Under the pieces are notes generated by a model. It did not search any database. It was not told the origin of the DNA and worked only from the letters and a program-made list of their open reading frames with translations. A stretch of 64,000 bases of DNA from the NCBI GenBank assembly GCA_035301625.1, contig DATGTW010000071.1, forward strand, positions 4,858 to 68,857, written 5' to 3'. Source of the stretch: Paenalcaligenes sp. (GTDB lineage: Bacteria > Pseudomonadota > Gammaproteobacteria > Burkholderiales > Burkholderiaceae_B). The position numbers were made by a program, and so were the translations under genes. Positions 28,645-38,674 of this stretch are shown piece after piece; within the stretch, counting starts at the first letter, position 1; each line of letters opens with the position of its first letter.

Positions 28645-31296
28645 TCAAGTTAATAAGCGGAGTATATCGCGAATTAAAGTAGCGCGAAAATCATTGTTTT
28701 CAAGTTTTTTACTATCGAGAATAAAACTATCTTCTACGCGTTCACCTTGGGTCATGATTTTGGCGGAGCGCAAATTAAGCTTATGATTGGCAAAAAATTG
28801 GGACAAATCAAAAAGCAAACCTTTACGATCTGTGCCCAAGACGGATAGTTCCCAACTTGAATGTTGCACATGGCGTAACTGAGCGCTGGGAGTCAACGGA
28901 AATACCTGCGCTTGGGCGGAACGGGCATCATGATAATTAAAACTGTGCGCTTGAGGGCTGTTTTTTTGATCTTTTAGTAGCAGCAAGGATTCTTTTAATG
29001 TATTAATTAACAGTATCCATCCTTGTTGATCCTCGTTTATAGCACGCGCAGCCTGCACCACAAAAGTGTCGACAACCCAGCCATTCGGATTAGTATAGAT
29101 TTGAGCGTCTTGGATGCTAAACCCTAATCTTTCAAATGTCTCGCACAAAGTCATGAATAATTCAGGTTGGTCATTAGCATGAATCATGACTTGCCATAGT
29201 GCATGATCTTTTATTGACTGACTTGTTTGTTCTGTATGGTTCCGATGAATATCATCACTATGTGCATTGGTTGGTAGCGTACGCAAATTTATTATGGGTA
29301 AATCAGTACCTTTCTTTTTTTGTGTGTTTAGAGTAAAGGTTTGAAAATGCCAATAAATGGTGTTTAGGGGGTGGCGAGCAAAATAATCCGCATCGAGTTG
29401 CTGCCACAGCTCTTCAGCATAGGTGCTTTGGGAAAAAAGTGGGTATAACTTGCTGTAGGCAGTATTTCGCCGTGTTTTTAGAATTTCTGCACTGCTTTGC
29501 TGGTTGAGCAACAGATTACGTGTCTGCTGATAAAGACTATCAAATAGGGTTGCTTTCCAGCTGGTCCATATTTTTGGGTTTGTTGCTTGGATATCAGCAA
29601 TGGTGAGTAAATACAGTGCATTAAGTTTTTCGATAGTGTTAACTTTTTCTATAAATTGATGCAAAATTCTGGGGTTATAGAAATCCTCTTTTTGAGCATA
29701 GTGAGAAAAGAGTAGATGCTCTTTTACCAAGAACTTTATAAACTCGGTTTCTTGAGAGGCTAATGCATGCTCTCGACAAAACTCACCAGCAATTTCCGCG
29801 CCCAATTCAGCGTGGTTTCCACCTTGGCCTTTGCCTATATCATGAAATAATGCTGCTAAAAATAAAAGCCATGGAAAAGAAAACTCTTTCATTAATTGAT
29901 GGGCCAGCAGCGGGGCATGCTTGGGTCGCTGGGTTTTGCGTAGCTGGCTGAGGTGCTCGATTACGCGCAGCGTGTGCTGATCCACTGTATAGACATGAAA
30001 TAAATCATGCTGCATTTGTCCAACCACCGCACGAAACGCCGGAATATAACGGGGCAAAATGTTAAACAAATTTAGTAATGCCAAGCTTTCATACACACGC
30101 TGTGGTTGTTGCAGTATTTTTAGAAATAAATGCTTGTTATGTGGGTTGGACCTAAAGTCGCTGTCGATTAATTTGCGCCCATGCCACAGTGCCCGTAAAG
30201 TAAGCGCATCAAACCCAAGTATTTCTGGGTGTTTTTGAAACCACAGTATGCCTTTAAGCAGGTTATCAGGGTGTGTTGCTAATCCTGCGGGATGCACTAG
30301 TTTTAAGTGTTGATTAACGATGGCAAAATTGGCATCCAAACGAATCACATGCGTCGTTTTCGGCGGATGAATTATTTCATCAAAGCTTTGTAGTAGTGTG
30401 GTTAAGAGTTGTGTAACCAAGCGCGTAGCCCAGTAGTAACGCTGCATCAAGGCCTCGCTAGCATGCCGGCCACTGAGCGTGTCACTAAGGTCATATATTT
30501 TTGCCAGTTGTGGTTGCAAATCAAAACGCAGAGTGTCTTCGGCACGCCCTGTTAGCAGGTGCAGTTCAATGCGTAAACGCATCATTGCTAGTGATACACG
30601 TTCCAAGGCTTTTTTTTCGGCTTCGGTTAACAAGCCTGATTGAGCAATTTCAGCCCAATCGCGACCTACCCCTGCTGCATGCGCTAACCAACCTAATAAT
30701 TGCAAATCACGCAACCCTCCAGGTGATTCTTTACAATTGGGCTCTAAAGCATAAGGGGTGTTTTGATAATTATGGTGACGCTGTTGCATCTCTTGGCGTT
30801 TGAGTAGATAAAAATCAACTAAATCCAATTGCTTTTGGTACTGGTTTTTTAATTCAAACCAAAAACCTTTATCACCTGCCAGATAGCGCGCCTCCAGCAA
30901 AGCTGTTTGCAGTGCGACATCTTGAGTGCAACGTTCAAGGCATTGTTCTAGAGTTTCTACTGAATGAGAAAGGTTCAAACCTAAATCCCAGCAGGCAGCA
31001 ATGAGCTGTTCTAGTTTATGTTGTTCTTCTGCTTTATTTATGGGATCGGGGATTAAAAATAATAGGTCAACATCGGAATGGGGGTAAAGGGCTTGTCGAC
31101 CGTAACCACCCAGCGCTAAGCATGCAGAGCCTGTGGGTAGTGGGTAGTGCTGAAATAACCTCTTTAAGCAGTTATCAGTCGCGCGACTGAGTCGGTGTAA
31201 TAGCCTTTGCGGATTAGGGCGGTGGCGGTAGCGGGCTATGGCATTGGCCCGCTGCGCCTGATACTGAGCCTTGAGTGCTTTCAGGGACTCATCCAT
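28645..31296 (-). CDS. glnD: [Protein-PII] uridylyltransferase / uridylyl-removing enzyme
   Basis: GGYGR..SDVDL, EPNCKESPGGLRD, HVYTVDQH and HD motif LFHDIGKG; C-terminal ACT domain; follows map. Confidence 0.93.
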   Translation of the reverse strand: MDESLKALKAQYQAQRANAIARYRHRPNPQRLLHRLSRATDNCLKRLFQHYPLPTGSACLALGGYGRQALYPHSDVDLLFLIPDPINKAEEQHKLEQLIAACWDLGLNLSHSVETLEQCLERCTQDVALQTALLEARYLAGDKGFWFELKNQYQKQLDLVDFYLLKRQEMQQRHHNYQNTPYALEPNCKESPGGLRDLQLLGWLAHAAGVGRDWAEIAQSGLLTEAEKKALERVSLAMMRLRIELHLLTGRAEDTLRFDLQPQLAKIYDLSDTLSGRHASEALMQRYYWATRLVTQLLTTLLQSFDEIIHPPKTTHVIRLDANFAIVNQHLKLVHPAGLATHPDNLLKGILWFQKHPEILGFDALTLRALWHGRKLIDSDFRSNPHNKHLFLKILQQPQRVYESLALLNLFNILPRYIPAFRAVVGQMQHDLFHVYTVDQHTLRVIEHLSQLRKTQRPKHAPLLAHQLMKEFSFPWLLFLAALFHDIGKGQGGNHAELGAEIAGEFCREHALASQETEFIKFLVKEHLLFSHYAQKEDFYNPRILHQFIEKVNTIEKLNALYLLTIADIQATNPKIWTSWKATLFDSLYQQTRNLLLNQQSSAEILKTRRNTAYSKLYPLFSQSTYAEELWQQLDADYFARHPLNTIYWHFQTFTLNTQKKKGTDLPIINLRTLPTNAHSDDIHRNHTEQTSQSIKDHALWQVMIHANDQPELFMTLCETFERLGFSIQDAQIYTNPNGWVVDTFVVQAARAINEDQQGWILLINTLKESLLLLKDQKNSPQAHSFNYHDARSAQAQVFPLTPSAQLRHVQHSSWELSVLGTDRKGLLFDLSQFFANHKLNLRSAKIMTQGERVEDSFILDSKKLENNDFRATLIRDILRLLT

Positions 31297-31306
31297 TACT
31301 TAATCA

Positions 31307-32134
31307 TTAAACACTTAATGCCGAAACAAAGCCTTTAGCGAACGCTGGGGGCTGTGGCATGCCGGGGGATACTGTGAGTACCTCGTAACCCGAATCGGTA
31401 ACAAGAATAGTGTGTTCCCACTGGGCAGAAAGACTGCGATCTCGGGTCACCACGGTCCATTGATCGGGCAGTGTGCGCAACTCACGCCGGCCTGCATTAA
31501 TCATAGGTTCGATTGTAAAGATCATGCCTGGCTCGAGAACCATTCCCGTTCCTGGACGGCCATAGTGTAGTACCTGTGGGTCTTGGTGAAATGCTTGACC
31601 AATACCGTGGCCGCAATATTCGCGAACGACTGAATAATCATGGCCTTCGGCATGTTGCTGGATAGCATGACCAATATCTCCAAGTGTTGCACCAGGGCGG
31701 ACTTGTTCAATGCCTAGCCACATGCACTCGTAGGTGATATTCGTCAATCGACGAGCCAGGATGGAGGGCTCACCAACATAAAACATGCGACTTGTATCTC
31801 CATACCAGCCATCTTTAATAACCGTAACATCCAGGTTGATGATATCGCCTTTTTTCAGTTTTTTATCACTGGGGATACCATGGCAAATTACGTGATTAAC
31901 TGAAGTGCATACAGCACCAGGGAAAGGCGGGTGCCCAGCAGGAGCATACCCTACAGTGGCTGACTGTACGTTGAGCTCATCAGTGATGTATTCAAGACAC
32001 AGGCGATCAATCTCTGCTGTGGTGACGCCCGGCTTAATAAATTGCTCTAAATAGTCAAGAGTTTGTGCAGCTGCTTGGCAGGCTGCGCGCATTTTGTCTA
32101 AATCTTTTGGATCGGTGACGAGTATTTTTTCCAT
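31307..32134 (-). CDS. map: Methionine aminopeptidase type I
   Basis: CHGIP, DVTV, GDTSRM, GHGIG, TIEPMIN and QWEHT motifs. Confidence 0.97.
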   Translation of the reverse strand: MEKILVTDPKDLDKMRAACQAAAQTLDYLEQFIKPGVTTAEIDRLCLEYITDELNVQSATVGYAPAGHPPFPGAVCTSVNHVICHGIPSDKKLKKGDIINLDVTVIKDGWYGDTSRMFYVGEPSILARRLTNITYECMWLGIEQVRPGATLGDIGHAIQQHAEGHDYSVVREYCGHGIGQAFHQDPQVLHYGRPGTGMVLEPGMIFTIEPMINAGRRELRTLPDQWTVVTRDRSLSAQWEHTILVTDSGYEVLTVSPGMPQPPAFAKGFVSALSV

Positions 32135-32138
32135 AAAC

Positions 32139-32168
32139 TTGTCTAGTGGGTATTAAAAATAGTATAAT
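32139..32168 (+). promoter_or_regulatory. Putative sigma70 promoter for rpsB-tsf
   Basis: TTGTCT, 18-bp spacer, TATAAT; faces rpsB. Confidence 0.55.
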
Positions 32169-32399
32169 CGTGTGATTAGCTTTTTTGGGCTACGAAAGGG
32201 TTTTGCTTGGCTGAGTCTATCTAGTGATACCTGATTGCTTAGGCTTTATGCGCATTAATTGGTAATCAGGGCTGCCATGCAATAACCTTGTCAATATAAA
32301 AAGCATACCACTAATTATCTACGAGAAAACCCTTTAGTGGCCTTTTTAGATTGCATCCCTCAAAAGTAGCTTTTTTATTTTTGTTTTTAACTAAGAAAG

Positions 32400-32475
32400 G
32401 CGCAGGTTATCGCCAAAGGGTGTCCGGAAAACGGATCCTGATAACTTGTTAGACCGAACCCTTGGAGAATCTATC
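32400..32475 (+). promoter_or_regulatory. rpsB 5' leader (t44/S2 autoregulatory leader-like)
   Basis: AGGTTATC/GATAACTT stem enclosing a TCCG-GAAAA-CGGA hairpin. CCAAAGGGT is complementary to ACCCTTGG next to the GGAGA RBS. Position matches known rpsB leaders. Confidence 0.65.
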
Positions 32476-33315
32476 ATGTCTTTAATGCGTAAAATGCTCG
32501 CTTCGGGCGTCCATTTTGGTCACCAAACCCGTTTCTGGGATCCCAAAATGGAACCTTATATCTTTGGCCGCCGTAATGGCATCCATATTGTTAACCTCGA
32601 GAAAACTGCAGTTATGTTTATCGAGGCTCAGAAATATGCCAGCCAAATTGCTGCAGAGGGCGGTACTATTTTGTTTGTAGGCACCAAGCGCGCAGCGCGG
32701 GAGATTATTGCCGAAGAAGCCCAGCGCTGTGGTATGCCTTATGTGGATAACCGCTGGTTGGGTGGCATGATGACTAACTTTAAGACCGTAAAAAGCTCTA
32801 TCAAGCGCCTTAAAGACATGGAAGCCCAGGTCGAAGAGGGCGTGCTCGAGCGCCTGACCAACAAAGAAGGTCTTCTCATGCAGCGCGAGATCGATAAGCT
32901 GAACCGCTCAATCGGCGGCATCAAAGATCTCACCAAGCTTCCTGATGTGTTATTTGTTGTTGACGTTGGCTATCATGCGATTGCAGTAGCTGAAGCACAC
33001 AAGCTGGGGATTCCCGTTATTGGTGTGGTTGATACTAACAACTCCCCTGAGGGCATTGCCCGTGTCATCCCCGGTAATGATGACTCTGCAAAGGCTATCG
33101 CGTTGTATACCCGCGGAATTGCTGATGCTGTTCTCGAGGGTCGCAGTCGTGCTTTGAGTGGCTTGGTCGAAGAGCTACGCGAGGGTGAGGACTTTGTCGA
33201 GGTTGATGAAGCCGCCCAAGAAGCACAAACTGATGCCTCTGCTGCCGAGGACACAGAGCCTTCAGCAGAGACACCAGCCGAAGCCGAAGTAAGTACTACT
33301 CGCGAAACCGAGTAA
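32476..33315 (+). CDS. rpsB: 30S ribosomal protein S2
   Basis: [25 protein letters not shown] and IPGNDD motifs. Confidence 0.98.
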   Translation: MSLMRKMLASGVHFGHQTRFWDPKMEPYIFGRRNGIHIVNLEKTAVMFIEAQKYASQIAAEGGTILFVGTKRAAREIIAEEAQRCGMPYVDNRWLGGMMTNFKTVKSSIKRLKDMEAQVEEGVLERLTNKEGLLMQREIDKLNRSIGGIKDLTKLPDVLFVVDVGYHAIAVAEAHKLGIPVIGVVDTNNSPEGIARVIPGNDDSAKAIALYTRGIADAVLEGRSRALSGLVEELREGEDFVEVDEAAQEAQTDASAAEDTEPSAETPAEAEVSTTRETE

Positions 33316-33489
33316 TCTCACTCCCTCATTTCTTAGATGCCCCATAGGCCCATTGCATATGCGGCCTTGGCGGGCATAGCTAGCAGGCTCGCGATCGTTA
33401 GAGTGACGGTGAATTAATGCGAGCCTGTTCCAGACCCCTATCAACTTGCTTCGATTTGTCCGAGGCGAAATACCAAATTGGAGAGTATT

Positions 33490-34365
33490 GTGGCTGAAAT
33501 TACAGCATCTATGGTTAAAGAGCTGCGCGAGAAGACTGATGCGCCCATGATGGAATGCAAAAAGGCTCTTGTTGAAGCAAATGGTGATATGGCTCAGGCC
33601 GAAGAGTTGTTGCGTGTCAAGCTGGGCAGTAAGGCCAGCAAGGCTGCATCTCGTGTAACCGCAGAGGGACTCGTAGGTGTAGCAATCAGCGACGATGGCA
33701 AGCGCGGCGCCCTGGTCGAGGTCAATTGCGAAACAGATTTTGTGGCTAAAAATGAAGAGTTTATCAAGTTTGTCAGTGATGTGGCCGATTTGATCGCTGA
33801 AAAAAACCCTGCTGATATCGATGCCTTGGGTGCATTGCCACTGGGTGGGAAAACCGTCGAAGAGTTTCGTGCTGAATTAATTGGGCGTATTGGTGAAAAT
33901 ATAACTATTCGTCGTTTTGAGCGATTCGAGACCGAAGGTCGTCTTTCCGAGTATGTACATGGCGGAAAAATCGGTGTGGTGATCAATCACACGGGTAGTG
34001 ACGAAGTAGGTCGCGATGTTGCTATGCACGTTGCAGCCATGCGCCCTCAGGCACTCAGTCGCGAACAACTAGACAACGAAGTGCTCGAGCGTGAGGCACG
34101 CTTGGCCGAAGAAAAAGCAAAAGAGCTTGGTCGTCCCGAGCATATCATCGAGAAGATTGTTACTGGCACGGTGGACAAGTATGTCCAAGAAACAACTTTG
34201 CTGGGCCAGGCCTTTGTTAAAGATGATAAAAAGAGTGTTGAGCAAATGCTCAAAGATAACGACGCCACTGTTAATGCTTATGCTATTTTTGTGGTTGGCG
34301 AGGGCATCGAGCGTCGCCAAGAGGATTTCGCTGCCGAAGTAGCTGCTGCTCAAAAATCCTCTTAA
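33490..34365 (+). CDS. tsf: Elongation factor Ts
   Basis: [16 protein letters not shown] and [10 protein letters not shown]; GTG start follows GGAGAG. Confidence 0.97.
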   Translation: MAEITASMVKELREKTDAPMMECKKALVEANGDMAQAEELLRVKLGSKASKAASRVTAEGLVGVAISDDGKRGALVEVNCETDFVAKNEEFIKFVSDVADLIAEKNPADIDALGALPLGGKTVEEFRAELIGRIGENITIRRFERFETEGRLSEYVHGGKIGVVINHTGSDEVGRDVAMHVAAMRPQALSREQLDNEVLEREARLAEEKAKELGRPEHIIEKIVTGTVDKYVQETTLLGQAFVKDDKKSVEQMLKDNDATVNAYAIFVVGEGIERRQEDFAAEVAAAQKSS

Positions 34366-34389
34366 TCGGGTGTCCACTCTCCTGATTTT

Positions 34390-34418
34390 CACAAGGTGCC
34401 GTTATACGGCACCTTGTG
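34390..34418 (+). terminator. Stem-loop after tsf (attenuator or RNA-stability element)
   Basis: Perfect 13-bp stem CACAAGGTGCCGT-TAT-ACGGCACCTTGTG; no clean U-tract. Confidence 0.55.
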
Positions 34419-34466
34419 CTGTGTCTTATACTAGTTCCCGTAATCATCTATACGAGTTTCTATGCT

Positions 34467-35183
34467 ATGAACAACCCCTTATATGAACGCGTTTTGCTCA
34501 AACTATCGGGTGAGGCGCTGATGGGCGAAGACGCATTTGGTATTAATCGTGCCACCATTATGCGCATGACCGAGGAAATTGCTCAAATCGCTAACTTGGG
34601 TGTGCAAATTGCCATTGTTATTGGCGGGGGTAATATATTTAGAGGTATTGCACCCGGAGCACAAGGCATGGACCGAGCAACTGCGGATTATATGGGGATG
34701 ATGGCTACTGTTATGAATGCGTTAGCTTTACAAGATGCCTTGAAGAATCAGGGTATAGATGCACGCGTTCAATCGGCTTTAAATATCGAACAGGTTGTAG
34801 AGCCCTATATTCGTCCCAAGGCTTTGCGTTACCTCGAGGAAGGCAAGGTAGTCGTTTTTGCTGCAGGCACTGGAAACCCATTTTTTACTACGGATACAGC
34901 AGCTGCATTACGAGGCGCAGAGGTGGGCGCTGAAATAGTGTTAAAGGCCACCAAGGTTGACGGAATCTATAGCGCAGACCCTAATAAAGATCCAGGTGCT
35001 ACCCGCTATCAGCGCATTAGTTTTGATGAAGCGATCGTACGTCGCTTAGAGGTCATGGATGCGACTGCGTTTGCTTTATGCCGCGATCAAAAATTACCCA
35101 TCAAGGTGTTCTCTATTAACAAGGCTGGTGCTTTGGCACGCGCAGTCTGTGGTGAGGACGAAGGTACCCTAGTGCACGTTTAA
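34467..35183 (+). CDS. pyrH: UMP kinase
   Basis: [17 protein letters not shown] and GNPFFTTD motifs. Confidence 0.97.
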   Translation: MNNPLYERVLLKLSGEALMGEDAFGINRATIMRMTEEIAQIANLGVQIAIVIGGGNIFRGIAPGAQGMDRATADYMGMMATVMNALALQDALKNQGIDARVQSALNIEQVVEPYIRPKALRYLEEGKVVVFAAGTGNPFFTTDTAAALRGAEVGAEIVLKATKVDGIYSADPNKDPGATRYQRISFDEAIVRRLEVMDATAFALCRDQKLPIKVFSINKAGALARAVCGEDEGTLVHV

Positions 35184-35198
35184 CAATAGGATAATGAT

Positions 35199-35759
35199 AT
35201 GAATCACTCCGAGATACAAAAATCCACGCAAGATCGCATGAAGCGTTCCATCACTGCACTATCAAATGGCCTGGCCAAAATACGCACAGGTCGAGCACAT
35301 ACTGGCTTGCTAGATCATGTAACGGTGGAATACTATGGTTCCGAGGTTCCTGTCAGCCAGGTTGCCAATATCACCGTAGTTGATGCACGAACACTCAGTG
35401 TGCAGGTTTGGGAAAAGCACATGGCCGAGGTTGTAGACAGAGCAATTCGCGAGTCCGATCTTGGGCTTAACCCTGTATTGGCAGGCGAGACTTTACGGAT
35501 ACCCTTGCCACCATTAACCGAAGAGCGCCGTCAAGATTTAACGCGTATTGTGCGCGCCGAAGGCGAAGAAGCCAAGGTAGCTATCCGCAATTTACGCCGC
35601 GAAGCCAATGATCAATCCAAGCGTCTGTTGCGTGAGAAATCAATATCAGAAGATGATGATCGTCGTTTTCAAGATGAGATCCAGCGCTTGACAGACAAAT
35701 ATGTTGCCGAGGTAGATACCCTGGTAGCGAACAAAGAAGAAGAGGTGATGACGGTCTAA
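35199..35759 (+). CDS. frr: Ribosome recycling factor
   Basis: IRTGRA and PPLTEERR motifs. Confidence 0.97.
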   Translation: MNHSEIQKSTQDRMKRSITALSNGLAKIRTGRAHTGLLDHVTVEYYGSEVPVSQVANITVVDARTLSVQVWEKHMAEVVDRAIRESDLGLNPVLAGETLRIPLPPLTEERRQDLTRIVRAEGEEAKVAIRNLRREANDQSKRLLREKSISEDDDRRFQDEIQRLTDKYVAEVDTLVANKEEEVMTV

Positions 35760-35774
35760 CCTCGCCAAGTAAAC

Positions 35775-36539
35775 ATGACGACAAGCTCAACTTTGTCTAT
35801 CCCTTCAGTAGGTAGTGTGCCTCGCCATTTAGCCGTCATCATGGATGGCAATGGTCGGTGGGCCACACGCCGCTATTTGCCCCGTACAGCTGGACATGCG
35901 CGCGGGGTTCAATCGGTGCGTCGAGTCTTGCGCGCTTGCGGTGAGGCAGGGGTACAGTATCTGACCTTATTTGCATTTAGTTCGGAAAATTGGCGCAGAC
36001 CCCAAGATGAAGTCTCTTTGTTAATGCGGCTTTTCGTGCAAACCTTGGAAAAAGAGGTGGGCAAATTATCCGAGCAAGGGGTGCGCTTGCGGATTATAGG
36101 TGACGTTTCAGCTTTTGAGCCTACACTGCAGAGTTTGATTGCGGATGCCGAAAAAAGAACAGCACATAATGACCGCTTGCACTTGACGGTAGCTGCAAAT
36201 TATGGGGGTCGATGGGATATCTTACAAGCGACACGCCGAATGTTAGCTCAGCATCCCGAGCTTGCCCAACACCCCGAGGAGCTTAGTGAAGATCATTTGA
36301 CCCCCTATTTATCCATGGCTTTTGCGCCAGAGCCTGATCTGTTCATACGTACTGGCGGTGAGCAAAGGGTTTCAAATTTTCTTATTTGGCAATTAGCCTA
36401 TACTGAGTTGTACTTTACTGAAACTTATTGGCCGGATTTTGATGCCAAGCACTTGGCCAAGGCTTTCGAGTGGTACCGTACCCGCGAGCGCCGTTTTGGC
36501 CGCACCAGTGCACAAACAGCCGGCGCACAAACGAACTAA
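35775..36539 (+). CDS. uppS: Undecaprenyl diphosphate synthase
   Basis: [18 protein letters not shown] and [11 protein letters not shown] motifs. Confidence 0.96.
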   Translation: MTTSSTLSIPSVGSVPRHLAVIMDGNGRWATRRYLPRTAGHARGVQSVRRVLRACGEAGVQYLTLFAFSSENWRRPQDEVSLLMRLFVQTLEKEVGKLSEQGVRLRIIGDVSAFEPTLQSLIADAEKRTAHNDRLHLTVAANYGGRWDILQATRRMLAQHPELAQHPEELSEDHLTPYLSMAFAPEPDLFIRTGGEQRVSNFLIWQLAYTELYFTETYWPDFDAKHLAKAFEWYRTRERRFGRTSAQTAGAQTN

Positions 36540-36547
36540 ATCAAAAT

Positions 36548-37432
36548 ATGCTCAAACAAAGGGTTATCACAGCGGTTGTTTTGCTGGTCGTGTTAATAGG
36601 CACGATGTTCAGCGGTTATCAATGGCCGTTTGGTGTTTTACTTAGCTTGATAACTGCTGCAGCCCTGTGGGAATGGCTACGGTTGAGCATGGCTAATAGA
36701 TTTCATTTTCTAGCCTTGCCACTTGCTGTTTTGTCATTTATGTATTTTGTTTATGTCATCTATCGGCATGAGCAATATCTGTTTGTACCCGGTGCTGTAG
36801 CCCCCGATGCTTGGACAATGCCGCTAATGTTGCTCAGTCCAGCTGTCTTGGCCTATTGGATATTTGGGGCTGGTTTTTTATTGCTAATGGGCTTTAGACG
36901 CCATAAAACACATACAGTGACCCTAAGTATCTTTGGTATAGCAACATTAGGTGTTGCTTGGTTGGCTTTGCTGGATATGTGGTTTGTGCATGGTGCATGG
37001 TATCTCATCTCCATGCTTGCTGTTGTTTGGTTCAATGATACCTTTGCCTATTTTGTAGGTCGACGCTGGGGCGAACGCCGCTTGGCGCGTCGCATTAGCC
37101 CAGGAAAAACTTGGGCCGGCTTTTGGGGTGGGATGGTTGGCGCTGTGGTTTGGGTACTGTTCAGTGCTCAATTTGTAGGTTCATTTGGTGCCGAGGTAGT
37201 CGCACGATGGTCTTGGTTAGGGGCGGTTTTGTTTGCAATGTTGCTTTCTTTCATGGCAGTGATAGGGGATTTATTCGAGTCACTGCTCAAGCGTCGTGCA
37301 CGTGTTAAAGATTCTAGTGCGCTATTGCCCGGCCATGGTGGCGTACTCGATAGGATTGATGCTTTAATCCCGGTAGCTCCAATGGCTGCATTTATCGCTG
37401 GGCCCTGGTTTGATGCCCTGTTCGTTGGTTAA
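36548..37432 (+). CDS. cdsA: Phosphatidate cytidylyltransferase
   Basis: MLKQRVIT start; ISPGKTW; [24 protein letters not shown]. Confidence 0.95.
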   Translation: MLKQRVITAVVLLVVLIGTMFSGYQWPFGVLLSLITAAALWEWLRLSMANRFHFLALPLAVLSFMYFVYVIYRHEQYLFVPGAVAPDAWTMPLMLLSPAVLAYWIFGAGFLLLMGFRRHKTHTVTLSIFGIATLGVAWLALLDMWFVHGAWYLISMLAVVWFNDTFAYFVGRRWGERRLARRISPGKTWAGFWGGMVGAVVWVLFSAQFVGSFGAEVVARWSWLGAVLFAMLLSFMAVIGDLFESLLKRRARVKDSSALLPGHGGVLDRIDALIPVAPMAAFIAGPWFDALFVG

Positions 37433-37449
37433 TTCACTGGTGTGTTTAT

Positions 37450-38649
37450 ATGGATACCCAGCAGGTTTGTATTTTAGGCGCTACAGGATCAATTGGGCGT
37501 AGTACGCTTGAGGTAATTGCGTTGCATCCCGACAGGTTTTCAGTCTATGCGCTAACAGCTTTTAATAATATTGATACGTTAGTGCGTTTAGCGTGGGAAA
37601 GCCGTGCTCAGGTTGTGGTCGTTCCTGATCAAGCTGCACAACGGCGCTTTAGTTCGTTGTGGCCCACTGGGCGTCCGGTACCTGAAATACGACTAGGTCA
37701 AGAGGGTCTTTGTGAAACAGCAGCAGATCCTGCTGTAGATACTGTCATGGCAGCCATAGTAGGGGCTGCTTGTTTGCCCTCTGTGTTTGCCGCTGCCCAA
37801 GCGGGCAAACGCATCTTATTGGCTAATAAAGAGGCTCTGGTTGCTGCCGGGGCCGTTTTTCTGGATGCTGTTCGCTCTGGTGGCGCTCAGTTATTACCTA
37901 TAGATAGCGAACACAACGCTATATACCAGTGCATGCCATCAGAATTATTGGGGCAGGTGACAGACTCCCCTCATCCCGCAGTAAAGCAGTTAATACTGAC
38001 TGCTTCCGGCGGCCCTTTTCGGACAGTGCCACTAGAGAGTCTGGCTTCGGTAACTCCTGAACAGGCTTGTTTACATCCCAATTGGATTATGGGGAAAAAG
38101 ATTTCTGTAGATTCTGCGACAATGGCCAATAAGGGTCTAGAGGTGATCGAGGCGCATTGGCTGTTTGGCATGCCCGTAGAGCAGATTTCAGTGGTTATTC
38201 ACCCCCAAAGTGTTGTGCACTCTATGGTCGAATACGTGGATGGTTCAGTTTTATCACAGATGGCTGCTCCTGACATGCGCGTACCCATTGCATACGGATT
38301 GGGTTTCCCCCAGCGTATCCACAGTGGAAGTACTGCCTTAGATCTGGCTGCACAACCAGCATTAGAGTTTGCAGAGCCCTGTTTAAAACGTTTCCCGGCT
38401 TTAAAATTGGCTTTTGAGGCCTTAGGTACCTCTCAAGAAGCCTGCGTCGCTTTAAACGCAGCTAACGAAGTTGCGGTAGACAGGTTTTTGCAAGGCAAAC
38501 TGGGTTATATCGCTATTGCCCAGGTTGTTGAACAAACCATTGAGCAGGTAGTCGGTGAGTCTCATGATGATTTAAATACACTTGATGCGGTAATTGCACT
38601 AGATGGGCACGCGCGACATCTAGCACAGCAGTTTTGTATCTACAAATAG
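37450..38649 (+). CDS. dxr: 1-deoxy-D-xylulose 5-phosphate reductoisomerase
   Basis: GATGSIG, LANKE, PIDSEH and HPNW.MG.KI motifs. Confidence 0.97.
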   Translation: MDTQQVCILGATGSIGRSTLEVIALHPDRFSVYALTAFNNIDTLVRLAWESRAQVVVVPDQAAQRRFSSLWPTGRPVPEIRLGQEGLCETAADPAVDTVMAAIVGAACLPSVFAAAQAGKRILLANKEALVAAGAVFLDAVRSGGAQLLPIDSEHNAIYQCMPSELLGQVTDSPHPAVKQLILTASGGPFRTVPLESLASVTPEQACLHPNWIMGKKISVDSATMANKGLEVIEAHWLFGMPVEQISVVIHPQSVVHSMVEYVDGSVLSQMAAPDMRVPIAYGLGFPQRIHSGSTALDLAAQPALEFAEPCLKRFPALKLAFEALGTSQEACVALNAANEVAVDRFLQGKLGYIAIAQVVEQTIEQVVGESHDDLNTLDAVIALDGHARHLAQQFCIYK

Positions 38650-38674
38650 CCGACTGTCTTTTGGCATTAACACC

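Noticed and set aside
28086-31296. AT-rich dsbB-glnD as a horizontally acquired island
   Set aside because: glnD sits in its usual position after map, and no integrase, tRNA or flanking repeats are visible. Drift in a weakly expressed gene is the simpler explanation.
32188-32342. The long hairpin as 6S RNA
   Set aside because: It is rod-like, but I see no recognisable 6S sequence motifs and the context is not the usual zapA/ygfA one. It needs cmsearch and is left unassigned.
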